Source of the DNA: Ignavibacteriota bacterium
Lineage (GTDB): Bacteria; Bacteroidota; Ignavibacteria; UBA10030; UBA6906
DNA length: 64,000 nucleotides
Reading direction: 5' to 3'
Assembly: GCA_963801355.1 (NCBI GenBank)
Contig: CAWDEM010000004.1
Coordinates: 1,088,001 to 1,152,000, forward strand
In this document: piece by piece, positions 10,478 through 20,322 of the stretch
Position numbering within the stretch: the stretch's first letter is position 1
Layout of the letters: every line of letters starts with the position of its first letter
Notes under the pieces: model-generated
What the model was told of the DNA's origin: nothing
Databases searched by the model: none
What the model saw: only the letters and a program-made list of their open reading frames with translations
Made by a program: the position numbers and the translations under genes

Positions 10478-11689
10478 ATGCTCCAACGACGCTTGCCCCG
10501 GCCTTCCAGCACTACGTCCGGCGCTGCAGCGTATGCGCTCGCGGGTCTCGCCCTCCTGGGTGTGGCCTACAGCGTGCGTGAAATCCTCTCACCGTTCGTG
10601 GTTGTCGCCGCGGTATTGTACCTGCTGTACCCTTTCCGATCGCAGGAGTTTGTCCGCCGGGTCATGGTTGCCATCATCCTCCTGTTCCTGGTCTGGGGTT
10701 TCCACACGGTGTCTGCACTGCTCGTTCCGTTCGCTGTTGCCTACGTTCTGGCCTACCTGTTTGATCCGCTTGTCACACGGCTCAGCCTGCTGCGTATCCC
10801 GCGATGGGGCGGAAGTCTGCTCGTCGTGCTGAGCGTTGTCGGCGCGCTCGTCGGCACGGCGCTCTTTGTCGCGCCGGCGATTGCCGGACAGATGGAAGGC
10901 CTTGTGAACGGCCTGCAATGGCTGGTGCAGAACACAAAGGCATGGCTTGCATCTGACGAACCCGCACGCGCCCTTGCACAACTCGGCATTCCCGTGGAAA
11001 AGGCACGTGAAATTCTCACGACCGAACTGGTTCCGCGCCTGGAAGGCATCGTGTCGTCACTCGTCACAGGCGTGTTCGGCGTTGTCACCGGCATCTCCTC
11101 CATCGCCGTCCAGGTCGTCAACATCATCATTATCCCGTTCCTGGTGTTCTTCCTCCTGAAGGACTTCCCTGTCATCGGAAAGAAATTTGTTTCCCTTTTC
11201 CCGATCCCCCGCCAGCACACGGTGCGCGCGACACTCGCCGCGGTGGATGAATTGATGGGCCGGTACGTTCGCGGCTCGGTGATCGTGGCGCTCATCCAGG
11301 GAACCATCGCGGCACTCGTGCTCTGGATTGCAGGGGTGAGTTCGCCGCTGGTGCTGGGGATCATGACGGGGTTGCTCGATTTCATACCGTATGTCGGTCT
11401 GGCCGTCAGCATGGTCGTGGCCACCCTCGTGGCGATGTTTAGCGGTGAGCCCGTCACGACAAAGGTCATTGTCGTGGTGATCCTCTACCTCTCGGAAAAG
11501 CTGCTCGAAGCGACGGTGCTCGCGCCGAAAATCGTCGGGTCGCAGGTCGGCCTTCATCCCGTGGTCCTCATTCTCTCCCTGCTCGTGTTCGGATATTTTC
11601 TCGGGTTTGTCGGATTGCTCATCGCCGTGCCGGTGACCGCGCTCCTGCTCGTGGCACTGGAAAGGCGGGAGGCGGGAAGGGGTGCCTGA
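10478..11689 (+). CDS. AI-2E family transporter
   Basis: Multi-TM protein, AYLFDPLV, FIPYVG, PKIVGSQVGLHP. Confidence 0.9.
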   Translation: MLQRRLPRPSSTTSGAAAYALAGLALLGVAYSVREILSPFVVVAAVLYLLYPFRSQEFVRRVMVAIILLFLVWGFHTVSALLVPFAVAYVLAYLFDPLVTRLSLLRIPRWGGSLLVVLSVVGALVGTALFVAPAIAGQMEGLVNGLQWLVQNTKAWLASDEPARALAQLGIPVEKAREILTTELVPRLEGIVSSLVTGVFGVVTGISSIAVQVVNIIIIPFLVFFLLKDFPVIGKKFVSLFPIPRQHTVRATLAAVDELMGRYVRGSVIVALIQGTIAALVLWIAGVSSPLVLGIMTGLLDFIPYVGLAVSMVVATLVAMFSGEPVTTKVIVVVILYLSEKLLEATVLAPKIVGSQVGLHPVVLILSLLVFGYFLGFVGLLIAVPVTALLLVALERREAGRGA

Positions 11690-12382
11690 ATGGCGGGGAT
11701 CCTCTATCTTGTTGCAACGCCGATAGGGAACGTGCAAGATATGACGTTCCGTGCACTCGAGGTGCTCCGGAGCGCGGATCTTGTCGTATGCGAAGAACGC
11801 CGTGAAGGCGAGAAGCTCCTGAAGCACTTCGGGATCAGCAAGCCTCTGGAACAGCTCAACGAGCATAACGAAGCTGCAGCGACGCATACGGTGCTGCTGG
11901 CCCTCAGTGCGGAGAAATCGGTGGCGCTGGTTTCCGATTGCGGGACCCCCGTGTTTTCAGATCCCGGACAGATGCTGGTCCGTGCGGCCACCGGGGCGGG
12001 CGTGCGCATCGTTCCCATCCCGGGCGCGTCATCCCTCATGCCTGCGCTCACGGTTACGGGCTTTGCCATCGATCAGTTTCTGTACTATGGCTGGCTCTCT
12101 CCGAAAAAGGAACGCCGGCGTGCGGAACTCCGGCAACTCCAGCGCGAGCGACGCACAATCGTTCTCATGGAAACCCCGTACCGCCTGAGTGCCCTGTTGC
12201 GCGATCTCGCCGACACCTTCGGGGATACCCGTCGATGCTGCCTCGCATTCAATCTCACGCTTCCCGATGAACGGATCTTCCACGGCACCGCACGTGAACT
12301 GTATCGTGATCTCGGGCCGAAAGACCTCAAAGGGGAATTCGTCATCGTTGTCGAAGGCCATGGCCACGAGCCGGGACGATGA
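11690..12382 (+). CDS. rsmI: 16S rRNA (cytidine1402-2'-O)-methyltransferase
   Basis: LYLVATPIGN.DMTFRA, VSDCGTP.FSDPG, PIPGAS, ETPYR, KGEFV. Confidence 0.94.
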   Translation: MAGILYLVATPIGNVQDMTFRALEVLRSADLVVCEERREGEKLLKHFGISKPLEQLNEHNEAAATHTVLLALSAEKSVALVSDCGTPVFSDPGQMLVRAATGAGVRIVPIPGASSLMPALTVTGFAIDQFLYYGWLSPKKERRRAELRQLQRERRTIVLMETPYRLSALLRDLADTFGDTRRCCLAFNLTLPDERIFHGTARELYRDLGPKDLKGEFVIVVEGHGHEPGR

Positions 12383-13143
12383 ACTTCGAAGTAAGCCTCT
12401 GGATGTACCCCGTGTTGTTCGGCGGCGCCATGCTTGCCGGATGGGTCGATGCCATCGCCGGAGGCGGCGGCATGATTACCATTCCGTTGCTGTTGAGCAT
12501 CGGCGTTCCCCCGCAAATGGTTCTGGGCACCAACAAGCTGCAGGCAAGTTTCGGGAGCTACACCGCGGCACAGCATTTCGTGCGAAAAGATCTCGTTTCG
12601 CTCTCTGACGCGATCCCGGGCATGGCCTTCACTCTGGCGGGCAGCGCTGCCGGCACGTTCGCCGTCCAACAGATCGACCCATCAGTCCTGAACCTCGTGA
12701 TTCCCTTCCTGCTGCTGGGGATTGCCGTCTACATGCTCTTCACGCCGACGCTCGGCGCCGCCGTGCACGAGCCCCGCATGCGGCGCATGCTGTTCTATCT
12801 CGTCTTCGGGCTGCTTCTGGGTTTCTACGACGGTTTTTTCGGCCCCGGCGTGGGATCGTTCTGGGCAATGGTGTTCGTCCTCGTTCTGGGTTTCGATCTG
12901 ACACGTGCCACGGGATACACAAAGGTGATGAATTTCACGAGCAACATTGTGTCGTTCATCGTGTTTGCATTCGGAGGCCATGTTCTCTGGTTGCCGGGTC
13001 TGGTGATGGCCGGAGGGCAGATTGCCGGTGCTCGCATCGGCTCGGGTATGGTGATCAAGCGCGGCGTAAAATTTATCCGGCCGATGTTCATCACGGTTGT
13101 CATTCTCACTACCTTGCGGCTCATCCTGCGGAACCTCTTCTAG
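12379..13143 (+). CDS. TSUP (TauE/SafE, YfcA-like) family transporter
   Basis: DAIAGGGG, GTNKLQ, GFYDGFFGPG.GSF, NFTSN. Confidence 0.9.
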   Translation: MNFEVSLWMYPVLFGGAMLAGWVDAIAGGGGMITIPLLLSIGVPPQMVLGTNKLQASFGSYTAAQHFVRKDLVSLSDAIPGMAFTLAGSAAGTFAVQQIDPSVLNLVIPFLLLGIAVYMLFTPTLGAAVHEPRMRRMLFYLVFGLLLGFYDGFFGPGVGSFWAMVFVLVLGFDLTRATGYTKVMNFTSNIVSFIVFAFGGHVLWLPGLVMAGGQIAGARIGSGMVIKRGVKFIRPMFITVVILTTLRLILRNLF

Positions 13144-13168
13144 CACGAACAGGGGTCAGACCCCAAAT

Positions 13169-13197
13169 TTGATATTCAGCCCCTGAATGGGTATATT
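13169..13197 (+). promoter_or_regulatory. sigma70-type promoter
   Basis: TTGATA-17 nt-TATATT, ending 9 nt before ATG 13207. Confidence 0.6.
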
Positions 13198-13206
13198 CGC
13201 CACAGA

Positions 13207-14235
13207 ATGACAATACTCGAAATCATGCCGCGCCGCATGCAGGCGCGCGAATTGCTGGGGAATTGCTGGTTCAACGGCGGACCGGTGTTCCTGTCCGAAC
13301 TCCAGGGCCATGCAGCGCTTCTGGATTTCTGGGACTACTCCTGCACTGCGTCACTCCATGCGCTCCCGTACGTTCAGGAATGGCACCGGCGCTATGCGGA
13401 CAACGGCCTCGTTGTCGTCGGGGTCCACACGCCGAAGTTCCAGTTCGGCCGGGAGCCCGAAAACGTCCAGAAAGCAATCGACCGGCTGGGGATTAAGTAC
13501 CCCGTCGTCATGGATAATGCCGAAATGATCTGGGCTAACTACGGCAACCGCGTCTGGCCGACGAAATACCTTGTCGACAAAGACTGCTTTGTGCGGTGTC
13601 AGAACATCGGGAGCGGAAGTTACCGGTCGTTCGAACGGTCCCTGCAGTCTCTTTTATATGACGCGAATCCGCATCAGGAATTGCCGGAATTAATGGATCC
13701 CTTGCGGGACACCGACATCCCCGGAGTGCCATGCTACCGCGCGACTCCGGAGGTCTTCGGCGGCTATGTCAGGGGCAGTCTGGGGAACGTCGAAGGATAC
13801 TCGCCCGAATCGGAAGCCGAGTATAGAGACCCCGAAATCTATGTTGACGGACGGCTCTATTTGCAGGGGACCTGGCGGGCTGAGCGTGAATGTGTGCGAT
13901 GGCTGGGTTCTGCCGGTGAGGAGGGTTCCGTGTCGATGTTGTACAGCGGGAGCGCCCTCGATGTCGTGCTGGCTCCTCCCCGGAACAGCGTGACAGCGGT
14001 TACTGTTGAACAGGATGGGAAGCCGCTGACCGCGGAAAACAAAGGCAGCGACACAATGCTGCTCCCGGATGGAAACAGTGTACTCCCGTTGGATATGCCG
14101 CGGATGTTCAGCGTTGTCCGGAACCGGGAGTTTGGCAAACATCTCCTGCGTTTGAAACCCGGAAACCCGGGCACTGCATTGTACTCTCTTACCGGAGAGA
14201 CCTCGGTGATTCCTGATGTATTCGGGAGCAATTGA
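13207..14235 (+). CDS. redoxin-domain protein resembling the DipZ C-terminal region, with CxxS
   Basis: DFWDYSCTAS, GVHTPKF, WPTKYLVD, ATPEVFGGY and C-terminal GKHLLRL match the DipZ thioredoxin plus accessory domain layout. Confidence 0.8.
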   Translation: MTILEIMPRRMQARELLGNCWFNGGPVFLSELQGHAALLDFWDYSCTASLHALPYVQEWHRRYADNGLVVVGVHTPKFQFGREPENVQKAIDRLGIKYPVVMDNAEMIWANYGNRVWPTKYLVDKDCFVRCQNIGSGSYRSFERSLQSLLYDANPHQELPELMDPLRDTDIPGVPCYRATPEVFGGYVRGSLGNVEGYSPESEAEYRDPEIYVDGRLYLQGTWRAERECVRWLGSAGEEGSVSMLYSGSALDVVLAPPRNSVTAVTVEQDGKPLTAENKGSDTMLLPDGNSVLPLDMPRMFSVVRNREFGKHLLRLKPGNPGTALYSLTGETSVIPDVFGSN

Positions 14236-15221
14236 GCGTGAGCGAACCAGTGCAATCTCAATGGCCGCCCCCTCTTGCCACGCGAGTGACGCGGATGTTC
14301 GGAATACGCTATCCGATCATCCAGGGAGGGATGGTGTGGACGGCGGGCAGAAAGCTCGCCGTTGCTGTTTCAGGTGCAGGCGGACTCGGTCTGATCGGCG
14401 CGGGCTCCATGAAGCCCGACCTGCTGCGGGAGCACATCCGCGCTGCACGTGCAGCAACGACGGCGTCTCTCGGCGTCAATGTACCCCTCATGCGTGAGGA
14501 TGCGGGGGAATTGCTCGGTATTGCCATCGAAGAAGGGATACGGATCATCTTCACCTCATCCGGTTCCCCCGTGAAGTTTACCGCAATGCTGAAGGCGGCA
14601 GGATGCACGGTCGTGCATGTTGTTGCTGCGGTCAAACACGCAAAGAAAGCCTCAGAGGCCGGGTGTGATGCAGTTGTCGCGGAGGGATTTGAGGCGGGGG
14701 GGCATAACGGCATCGACGAGATCACCACGATGACGCTGATCCCCCAGGTGGTGGATGCGGTATCGCTCCCTGTGATCGCGGCCGGGGGCATTGCCGACGG
14801 CCGGGGCATGGCTGCGGCTCTGGCTCTGGGCGCCGAAGGCGTGCAGGTCGGCACCCGGTTTGCCGCGACGGTGGAGTCGTCATCGCACGAGACGTACAAA
14901 CGCCTCGTGGTGGAAGCAGGAGACGGCGGCACCGTGCTCACCATGAAGGCCCTCATGCCCGTGCGGATGTTGAAGACACCCTTTACAGCCAGAGCTCTGG
15001 AGGCTGACCGCCGCGGTGCAACAAAAGAGGAACTCACTGCACTGCTCGGGAGAAAACGGGAGATGCGCGGCATCTTCGAGGGGGACCTGGAAGAAGGGAT
15101 GTTCGAGGCCGGCCAGAGCGCCGGACTGGTCCGGGACGTTCCGGCCGCCGCCGAAGTCGTGCGGCGCATGATGGAACAATTCTACGAAACATGTCAACGC
15201 ATGGCGAGCACTCCAGCATGA
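14232..15221 (+). CDS. nitronate monooxygenase / FabK-like enoyl-ACP reductase family flavoenzyme
   Basis: YPIIQGGM, AEGFEAGGH, IAAGGIADGRG, GVQVGTRF, GQSAGLV; start uncertain. Confidence 0.88.
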   Translation: MSVSEPVQSQWPPPLATRVTRMFGIRYPIIQGGMVWTAGRKLAVAVSGAGGLGLIGAGSMKPDLLREHIRAARAATTASLGVNVPLMREDAGELLGIAIEEGIRIIFTSSGSPVKFTAMLKAAGCTVVHVVAAVKHAKKASEAGCDAVVAEGFEAGGHNGIDEITTMTLIPQVVDAVSLPVIAAGGIADGRGMAAALALGAEGVQVGTRFAATVESSSHETYKRLVVEAGDGGTVLTMKALMPVRMLKTPFTARALEADRRGATKEELTALLGRKREMRGIFEGDLEEGMFEAGQSAGLVRDVPAAAEVVRRMMEQFYETCQRMASTPA

Positions 15222-17038
15222 CCCCATTCCTCCAACGTCTTCGCGAGAAAGTCATTGTGTTTGACGGGGCCACCGGGACGCACCTGCAGGGGCAGCATCT
15301 CACTGCTGATGATTTCGGGGGCGAGCATCTGAACGGCTGCAACGAGGTTCTGGTCGTGTCCAGGCCCTCGGCCGTGGAGAACGTGCACCACGACTACCTT
15401 GAGGCCGGCTGCGACGTGATCGAGACAAACAGTTTCGGTTCCAGCTCGATCGTCCTTGCCGAGTACGGACTTGCAGACCGGGCGTACGAGCTCTCGCTCA
15501 AGGCGGCGCAGATAGCCAGGCGCCTCGCCGATGAGTTCTCCACAACGGCTCATCCACGCTATGTCGCCGGTTCCATGGGACCGACCACCAAGCTTCCTTC
15601 GCTCGGCCACATCCCGTTCAACGACATGGCAGCATCATACAAGGTGCAGGCTCAGGGATTGCTGGACGGCGGTGTGGATCTGCTCTGTGTCGAAACCTGT
15701 CAGGATCTGTTGCAGGCGAAAGCTGCCCTGTATGGCATCTTCAGACAGTTCGAGGAATCGCGCACACGGGTCCCCATCATCGTCTCCGTGACGGTCGAGT
15801 CAACGGGCACAATGCTTCTGGGCACCGAAATCGGAGCGGCGCTGGCCGCCCTGGAACCCTTCGATGTCGATGTGATCGGCATGAACTGTGCAACCGGACC
15901 GCAGGAAATGTCGGAACATATCCGCGCGCTTGCCGCATCAAGCCCGAAGCCGGTGTTTGTCATGCCGAATGCCGGCATACCCGAAAACGTGGGCGGGCAC
16001 GCGCACTACAGGCTGGGGCCCGAGGAGTTTGCGCGAATACTGACCCACTTCGTCAGGGACCTGGGCGTGAATGTGGTGGGGGGATGCTGCGGGACCACGA
16101 AAGAACATCTGCGCCAGGTGGTTGCGTCGGTGGGATCTCTGGCGCCACGCGAGCGTACCTGGGATTTCATACCGGGTGCGTCGAGCCTCTATCAGGCGGC
16201 ACCATTCCACGTTGATCCCGCGCCCGTTCTGGTGGGTGAACGAACAAACGCGAACGGCAGCAAACAGTTCCGCGACCTGCTGGCTGAAGAGAACTGGGAG
16301 GGGATTGTTGCCATGGGGAAGGAGGCTGTGCGCGAAGGAGCGCATATGGTCGATGTGTGCGCCGCATTTGTCGGGCGGAACGAATCGCAGGATATGCACG
16401 AGATCATTTTCCGGTTCAATACGCAAGTGACCCTGCCGATCGTCATCGATTCGACAGAACCGCCCGTGATTGAGGAAGCCCTCAGGCTGATCGGCGGCAA
16501 AGCGGTGATCAATTCCATCAATCTCGAAGATGGCACCGGCCGCGCCGAGGGGATCCTGCGCATGTGCAAACAGTACGGCGCGGCGGTTATTGCCCTGACG
16601 ATCGATGAGCAGGGGATGGCGAAGACCGCCGACCGGAAACTGGAGGTCGCCGGGCGCATCTATGACCTTGCCGTCGGGACGTTCGGCATGCGTCCCCATG
16701 ACATCATCTTTGATACCCTCACCTTTACCCTCGGCTCGGGTGACGAGGAATTCCGGCGGGCGGGGATAGAGACCCTTGACGCGATCCGGCGCATCAAGAA
16801 GGAATTTCCGGGCGTCCACACATTGCTGGGGATCAGCAACATCTCGTTCGGTCTGTCGCCGCAGGTCCGCCACGTGCTCAACAGTGTCTTCCTCCACTAT
16901 GCCATTGAGGCCGGGCTCGACATGGCCATCGTGCACGCGGGAAAAATCATGCCGCTGTACAAGGTGGATGAGCGCGGCCGGGAACTGTGCCGGCAACTGA
17001 TCTTCGACGAGCGTCGCTTCGAGGAGGTCCCTGTATGA
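15218..17038 (+). CDS. metH: methionine synthase N-terminal half (homocysteine-binding and pterin-binding domains)
   Basis: FDGATGT, GMNCATGP, PNAG, GGCCGT, GERTNANGSK, IDST, NSINLEDG, GISNISFG. Confidence 0.93.
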   Translation: MTPFLQRLREKVIVFDGATGTHLQGQHLTADDFGGEHLNGCNEVLVVSRPSAVENVHHDYLEAGCDVIETNSFGSSSIVLAEYGLADRAYELSLKAAQIARRLADEFSTTAHPRYVAGSMGPTTKLPSLGHIPFNDMAASYKVQAQGLLDGGVDLLCVETCQDLLQAKAALYGIFRQFEESRTRVPIIVSVTVESTGTMLLGTEIGAALAALEPFDVDVIGMNCATGPQEMSEHIRALAASSPKPVFVMPNAGIPENVGGHAHYRLGPEEFARILTHFVRDLGVNVVGGCCGTTKEHLRQVVASVGSLAPRERTWDFIPGASSLYQAAPFHVDPAPVLVGERTNANGSKQFRDLLAEENWEGIVAMGKEAVREGAHMVDVCAAFVGRNESQDMHEIIFRFNTQVTLPIVIDSTEPPVIEEALRLIGGKAVINSINLEDGTGRAEGILRMCKQYGAAVIALTIDEQGMAKTADRKLEVAGRIYDLAVGTFGMRPHDIIFDTLTFTLGSGDEEFRRAGIETLDAIRRIKKEFPGVHTLLGISNISFGLSPQVRHVLNSVFLHYAIEAGLDMAIVHAGKIMPLYKVDERGRELCRQLIFDERRFEEVPV

Positions 17039-18738
17039 GCGCAGGTCCCGCACCCCGCAAGCTGGTGTTTGACCCCTTAACGGAACTTATGTCCCATTAC
17101 GCAGCACAGACCCCCCAGAAGAGGGAAGCCGTTGCGCGTGCTGTGAGCGTCGAAGATCGGCTCAAGAACCGCATTATTGATGGCGATAAGGTCGGCCTGC
17201 AGTCCGACCTCGATGAGGCCCTGCACCAGTACCCCGCTCTGGAGATCATCAACACGATTCTTCTTGACGGGATGAAGGTGGTGGGCGAATTGTTCGGCAG
17301 CGGCCAGATGCAGCTGCCGTTCGTGCTTCAATCGGCGGAGGTTATGAAAGCGGCGGTGGGACATCTCGAGCAGTTCATGGACAAGGCCGCGACGACGGCG
17401 AAAGGAACGCTGGTGCTCGCCACCGTGAAAGGGGATGTCCACGACATCGGCAAGAACCTCGTCGACATTATTCTCACCAATAACGGGTACAAGGTTGTCA
17501 ACCTGGGGATCAAGTGCCCCATTGAGACCATGCTGCACGCGGCTGAGGAGCACCACGCGAACGCCATCGGGATGAGCGGCCTGCTGGTGAAGTCGACACT
17601 CGTCATGAAAGAGAATCTGGCGGTGATGAGCGAACGCGGCATCACCATTCCCGTTGTTCTCGGAGGTGCGGCCCTCACGCGTCGCTACGTCGAACAGGAT
17701 CTCCGTGCCGTGTATGCGGGACCGGTGCTGTATGCCAATGACGCCTTCGACGGTCTGCGCTTCATGGAACAGATAGCACATGGCGAACTTGCCGCGCACA
17801 CGAGGGAGCGGACCGACGCCGCGGACACGCTGACCGGCACGGAAGCGAAGATCGCCCTTGCCGAAGTGGAAGATCAGCGGTACAGAGAAACAGCAGCGAA
17901 GGACATCGGCCCGCGACATTCAACGGTCCGCACTGACGTGCCGATCCCCGTGCCGCCGTTCTGGGGTACGCGGGTGGTAGAGGCGATCCCGCTGGACGAC
18001 GTCTTCCCGTTTGTCAACGAGGTCGCTCTCATACGGGGCCAGTGGCAGGTCCGCAAGGGAACAATGAGTGATGAAGAGTACAAGGTGCTCCTGGCGACGA
18101 AAGTGCATCCTGAATTCGCGGACTTGAAAGAGCGCGCACGCCGCGATGGACTACTCCAGCCGAAAGTGGTATACGGATATTTTCCGTGCTGCTCATCGGG
18201 AGACGAGCTGATCATCTATAATCACGATCAGCGCACTGAACGGCTCCGGTTCAGATTCCCGCGTCAGAAGAGGGACCGTCACCTCTGCCTCTCGGACTAC
18301 TTTGCCTCCGCGGAATCCGGACGCGTGGATGTGGTGGCTTTTCAGCTCGTCACCATGGGACGGGCTGCATCCGCATATTCGGCACAGCTGTTCGCCGCAA
18401 ACGACTACAAAGACTACCTCTACTTTCATGGGCTCAGCGTGGAATCTGCGGAGGCTCTGGCTGAACTGTGGCATAAGCGGATTCGGGAGGAACTGGGAAT
18501 CGCCGGAAAGGATGCCCCGGACATCCGCCGGCTCTTCTCACAGGGGTATCAGGGATCACGCTACAGCTTCGGCTATGCCGCATGTCCCAATCTGGAAGAT
18601 CAAACGAAGTTGTTCCAGCTCCTGGACGGTGAACGCATAGGCGTGAAGCTGACAGACGAGTTCTCTCTGGAACCGGAGCAGAGCACGAATGCCATCATTG
18701 TCCACCACCCCGAAGCACGCTATTTCAATATTGTATGA
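17035..18738 (+). CDS. metH: methionine synthase C-terminal half (cap, cobalamin-binding and SAM activation domains)
   Basis: GMKVVGELFGSGQMQLPFVLQSAE, GDVHDIGKN, SGLL, GGAA, RYSFGYAACP, PEQST; SD GAGGAGG and ATGA overlap. Confidence 0.93.
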   Translation: MSAGPAPRKLVFDPLTELMSHYAAQTPQKREAVARAVSVEDRLKNRIIDGDKVGLQSDLDEALHQYPALEIINTILLDGMKVVGELFGSGQMQLPFVLQSAEVMKAAVGHLEQFMDKAATTAKGTLVLATVKGDVHDIGKNLVDIILTNNGYKVVNLGIKCPIETMLHAAEEHHANAIGMSGLLVKSTLVMKENLAVMSERGITIPVVLGGAALTRRYVEQDLRAVYAGPVLYANDAFDGLRFMEQIAHGELAAHTRERTDAADTLTGTEAKIALAEVEDQRYRETAAKDIGPRHSTVRTDVPIPVPPFWGTRVVEAIPLDDVFPFVNEVALIRGQWQVRKGTMSDEEYKVLLATKVHPEFADLKERARRDGLLQPKVVYGYFPCCSSGDELIIYNHDQRTERLRFRFPRQKRDRHLCLSDYFASAESGRVDVVAFQLVTMGRAASAYSAQLFAANDYKDYLYFHGLSVESAEALAELWHKRIREELGIAGKDAPDIRRLFSQGYQGSRYSFGYAACPNLEDQTKLFQLLDGERIGVKLTDEFSLEPEQSTNAIIVHHPEARYFNIV

Positions 18739-18745
18739 CGGAAAC

Positions 18746-18774
18746 TTGCAATTCCAGCCCCTTTTCGTTACGTT
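18746..18774 (+). promoter_or_regulatory. sigma70-type promoter
   Basis: TTGCAA-17 nt-TACGTT. Confidence 0.5.
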
Positions 18775-18831
18775 TGACCTACGAGACAGTTTCCAGAGTA
18801 TGTTTCGCATCAACAATAGAGGAATACCCAA

Positions 18832-19173
18832 ATGGCAACGATGATTACGGAAGAGTGCATCAATTGCGGCGCATGTGAGCCGGAATGTCCGAATACTGCG
18901 ATCTATGCCGGCGGTGTGCAGTATGAGTACAAGGGCCAGATGTATGACGCTCTTTCAAGCGACTTCTACTATATCGTACCCGAAAAGTGCACCGAGTGCG
19001 TCGGGCATTTCGATCAGGAGCAGTGCGCGGCTGTGTGCCCGGTGGATTGCTGCGTTCCCAACCCCGAGAAGGTCGAAAGCGAAGAGGTCCTGGTGGCCCG
19101 TGCCAAAGAAATGCATCCCGAGAAGGAATTTGCCGAGCTGAGCTCATCCACTTCGCACTTCCGCAAGGGATAA
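18832..19173 (+). CDS. YfhL-family 2[4Fe-4S] ferredoxin
   Basis: CINCGACEPECPN and CTECVGHFDQEQCAAVCPVDCC. Confidence 0.93.
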   Translation: MATMITEECINCGACEPECPNTAIYAGGVQYEYKGQMYDALSSDFYYIVPEKCTECVGHFDQEQCAAVCPVDCCVPNPEKVESEEVLVARAKEMHPEKEFAELSSSTSHFRKG

Positions 19174-19328
19174 CCTTACCCCGCGGTTCTCTGTGACTGA
19201 CGAAGGTCGGTCTTCTTCTGCGATGCCGCTGACCGGCTCCGGAAGGAGTTCCGACCTTCGCCGTTGAATGGCAGGAGGCAGGAATGGGTGTGCAGAAAAT
19301 CCGGATCCATGATGAATGCTAGGTGCAG

Positions 19329-20267
19329 ATGCTGACATCGGCGGATGTGAAACGGCGGGCGCGGGAATTGGGCTTCACCCACGTCGGTGTTGCGAATGCC
19401 GCGGTGCTGGAGAACGAGGCTGCGCTGTTCGATGAATGGTGCGGGTGGGGCTATGATGCGACGATGGGTTGGATGCGAAGGCGCGCACACGAGCGCCGTG
19501 ATGTGCGTGCGGTCCTCCCCGACACCCGGTCGGTGATCGTTGTAGCTCTCAACTACGCCGCTCCGCGGGAGTACCGGCCTGAGCGTGGTGTAGTGCAGAT
19601 CTCGCAGTACGCGCGGGGTCGTGATTATCATGATGTGCTCGGCGGTATGCTCACTGAGCTGATGCGCTGGATATCCGCGGAAGAACCGGGCGCCGGGGGC
19701 AAGTTCTATGTGGACACCGGACCCGTTCTTGAGAAAGCCTGGGCGGTGCGTGCGGGCATCGGGTGGCAGGGGAAACACACCAACATTATCACACAGGACC
19801 AGGGCTCCTGGGTGTTTCTCGGCGTTCTTCTCACCACGCTTGCGCTGGTCCCTGATACTCCTGCGACGGACCGGTGCGGGAGTTGTACGAGGTGCCTTGA
19901 TGCTTGTCCCACCCGGGCGTTCGTCGCTCCGTATGTGCTTGATGCGCGCCGGTGCATCTCATATCTGACGATTGAACACCGGGGGGATATCCCGGAGGAA
20001 CTCGCCGGAGGGTGTGGTGGATGGGTGTTCGGATGTGATGTGTGCCAGGATGTCTGTCCGTGGAATATCAAGTTCGCCCGGCCGTCGGAAGAGAGTGCCT
20101 GGGCTCCGGGAACGGGTCTGGAGGGAAAGACACCCGACGAGCTGCTCGCACTGACGGAGGAGGAGTTTCTGGGGAAGTTCCGGAAGAGCGCGATTCGTCG
20201 CGCGCGATGGGAAGGATTCATGCGCAATGTGCGCAATGCCGCGAGAAATCTGGCATCAAAGGGATGA
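19329..20267 (+). CDS. queG: epoxyqueuosine reductase
   Basis: YARGRDYH, VDTGPVLEK, GWQGK, CGSCTRCLDACPT, CISYLTIE, GCDVCQDVCPWN. Confidence 0.95.
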   Translation: MLTSADVKRRARELGFTHVGVANAAVLENEAALFDEWCGWGYDATMGWMRRRAHERRDVRAVLPDTRSVIVVALNYAAPREYRPERGVVQISQYARGRDYHDVLGGMLTELMRWISAEEPGAGGKFYVDTGPVLEKAWAVRAGIGWQGKHTNIITQDQGSWVFLGVLLTTLALVPDTPATDRCGSCTRCLDACPTRAFVAPYVLDARRCISYLTIEHRGDIPEELAGGCGGWVFGCDVCQDVCPWNIKFARPSEESAWAPGTGLEGKTPDELLALTEEEFLGKFRKSAIRRARWEGFMRNVRNAARNLASKG

Positions 20268-20322
20268 CCCCTTACGCGACGAATGGGCATCTTATTCAGA
20301 ACATACAGTAAAAGGTAGAGCA

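Noticed and set aside
17036-17038. Selenocysteine or stop readthrough at the metH TGA
   Set aside because: The downstream half is in a different frame, so readthrough would not join the two halves
19225-19255. SRP RNA (TCCGGAAGGA resembles domain IV)
   Set aside because: Lacks the flanking CAGG and AGCA internal-loop residues
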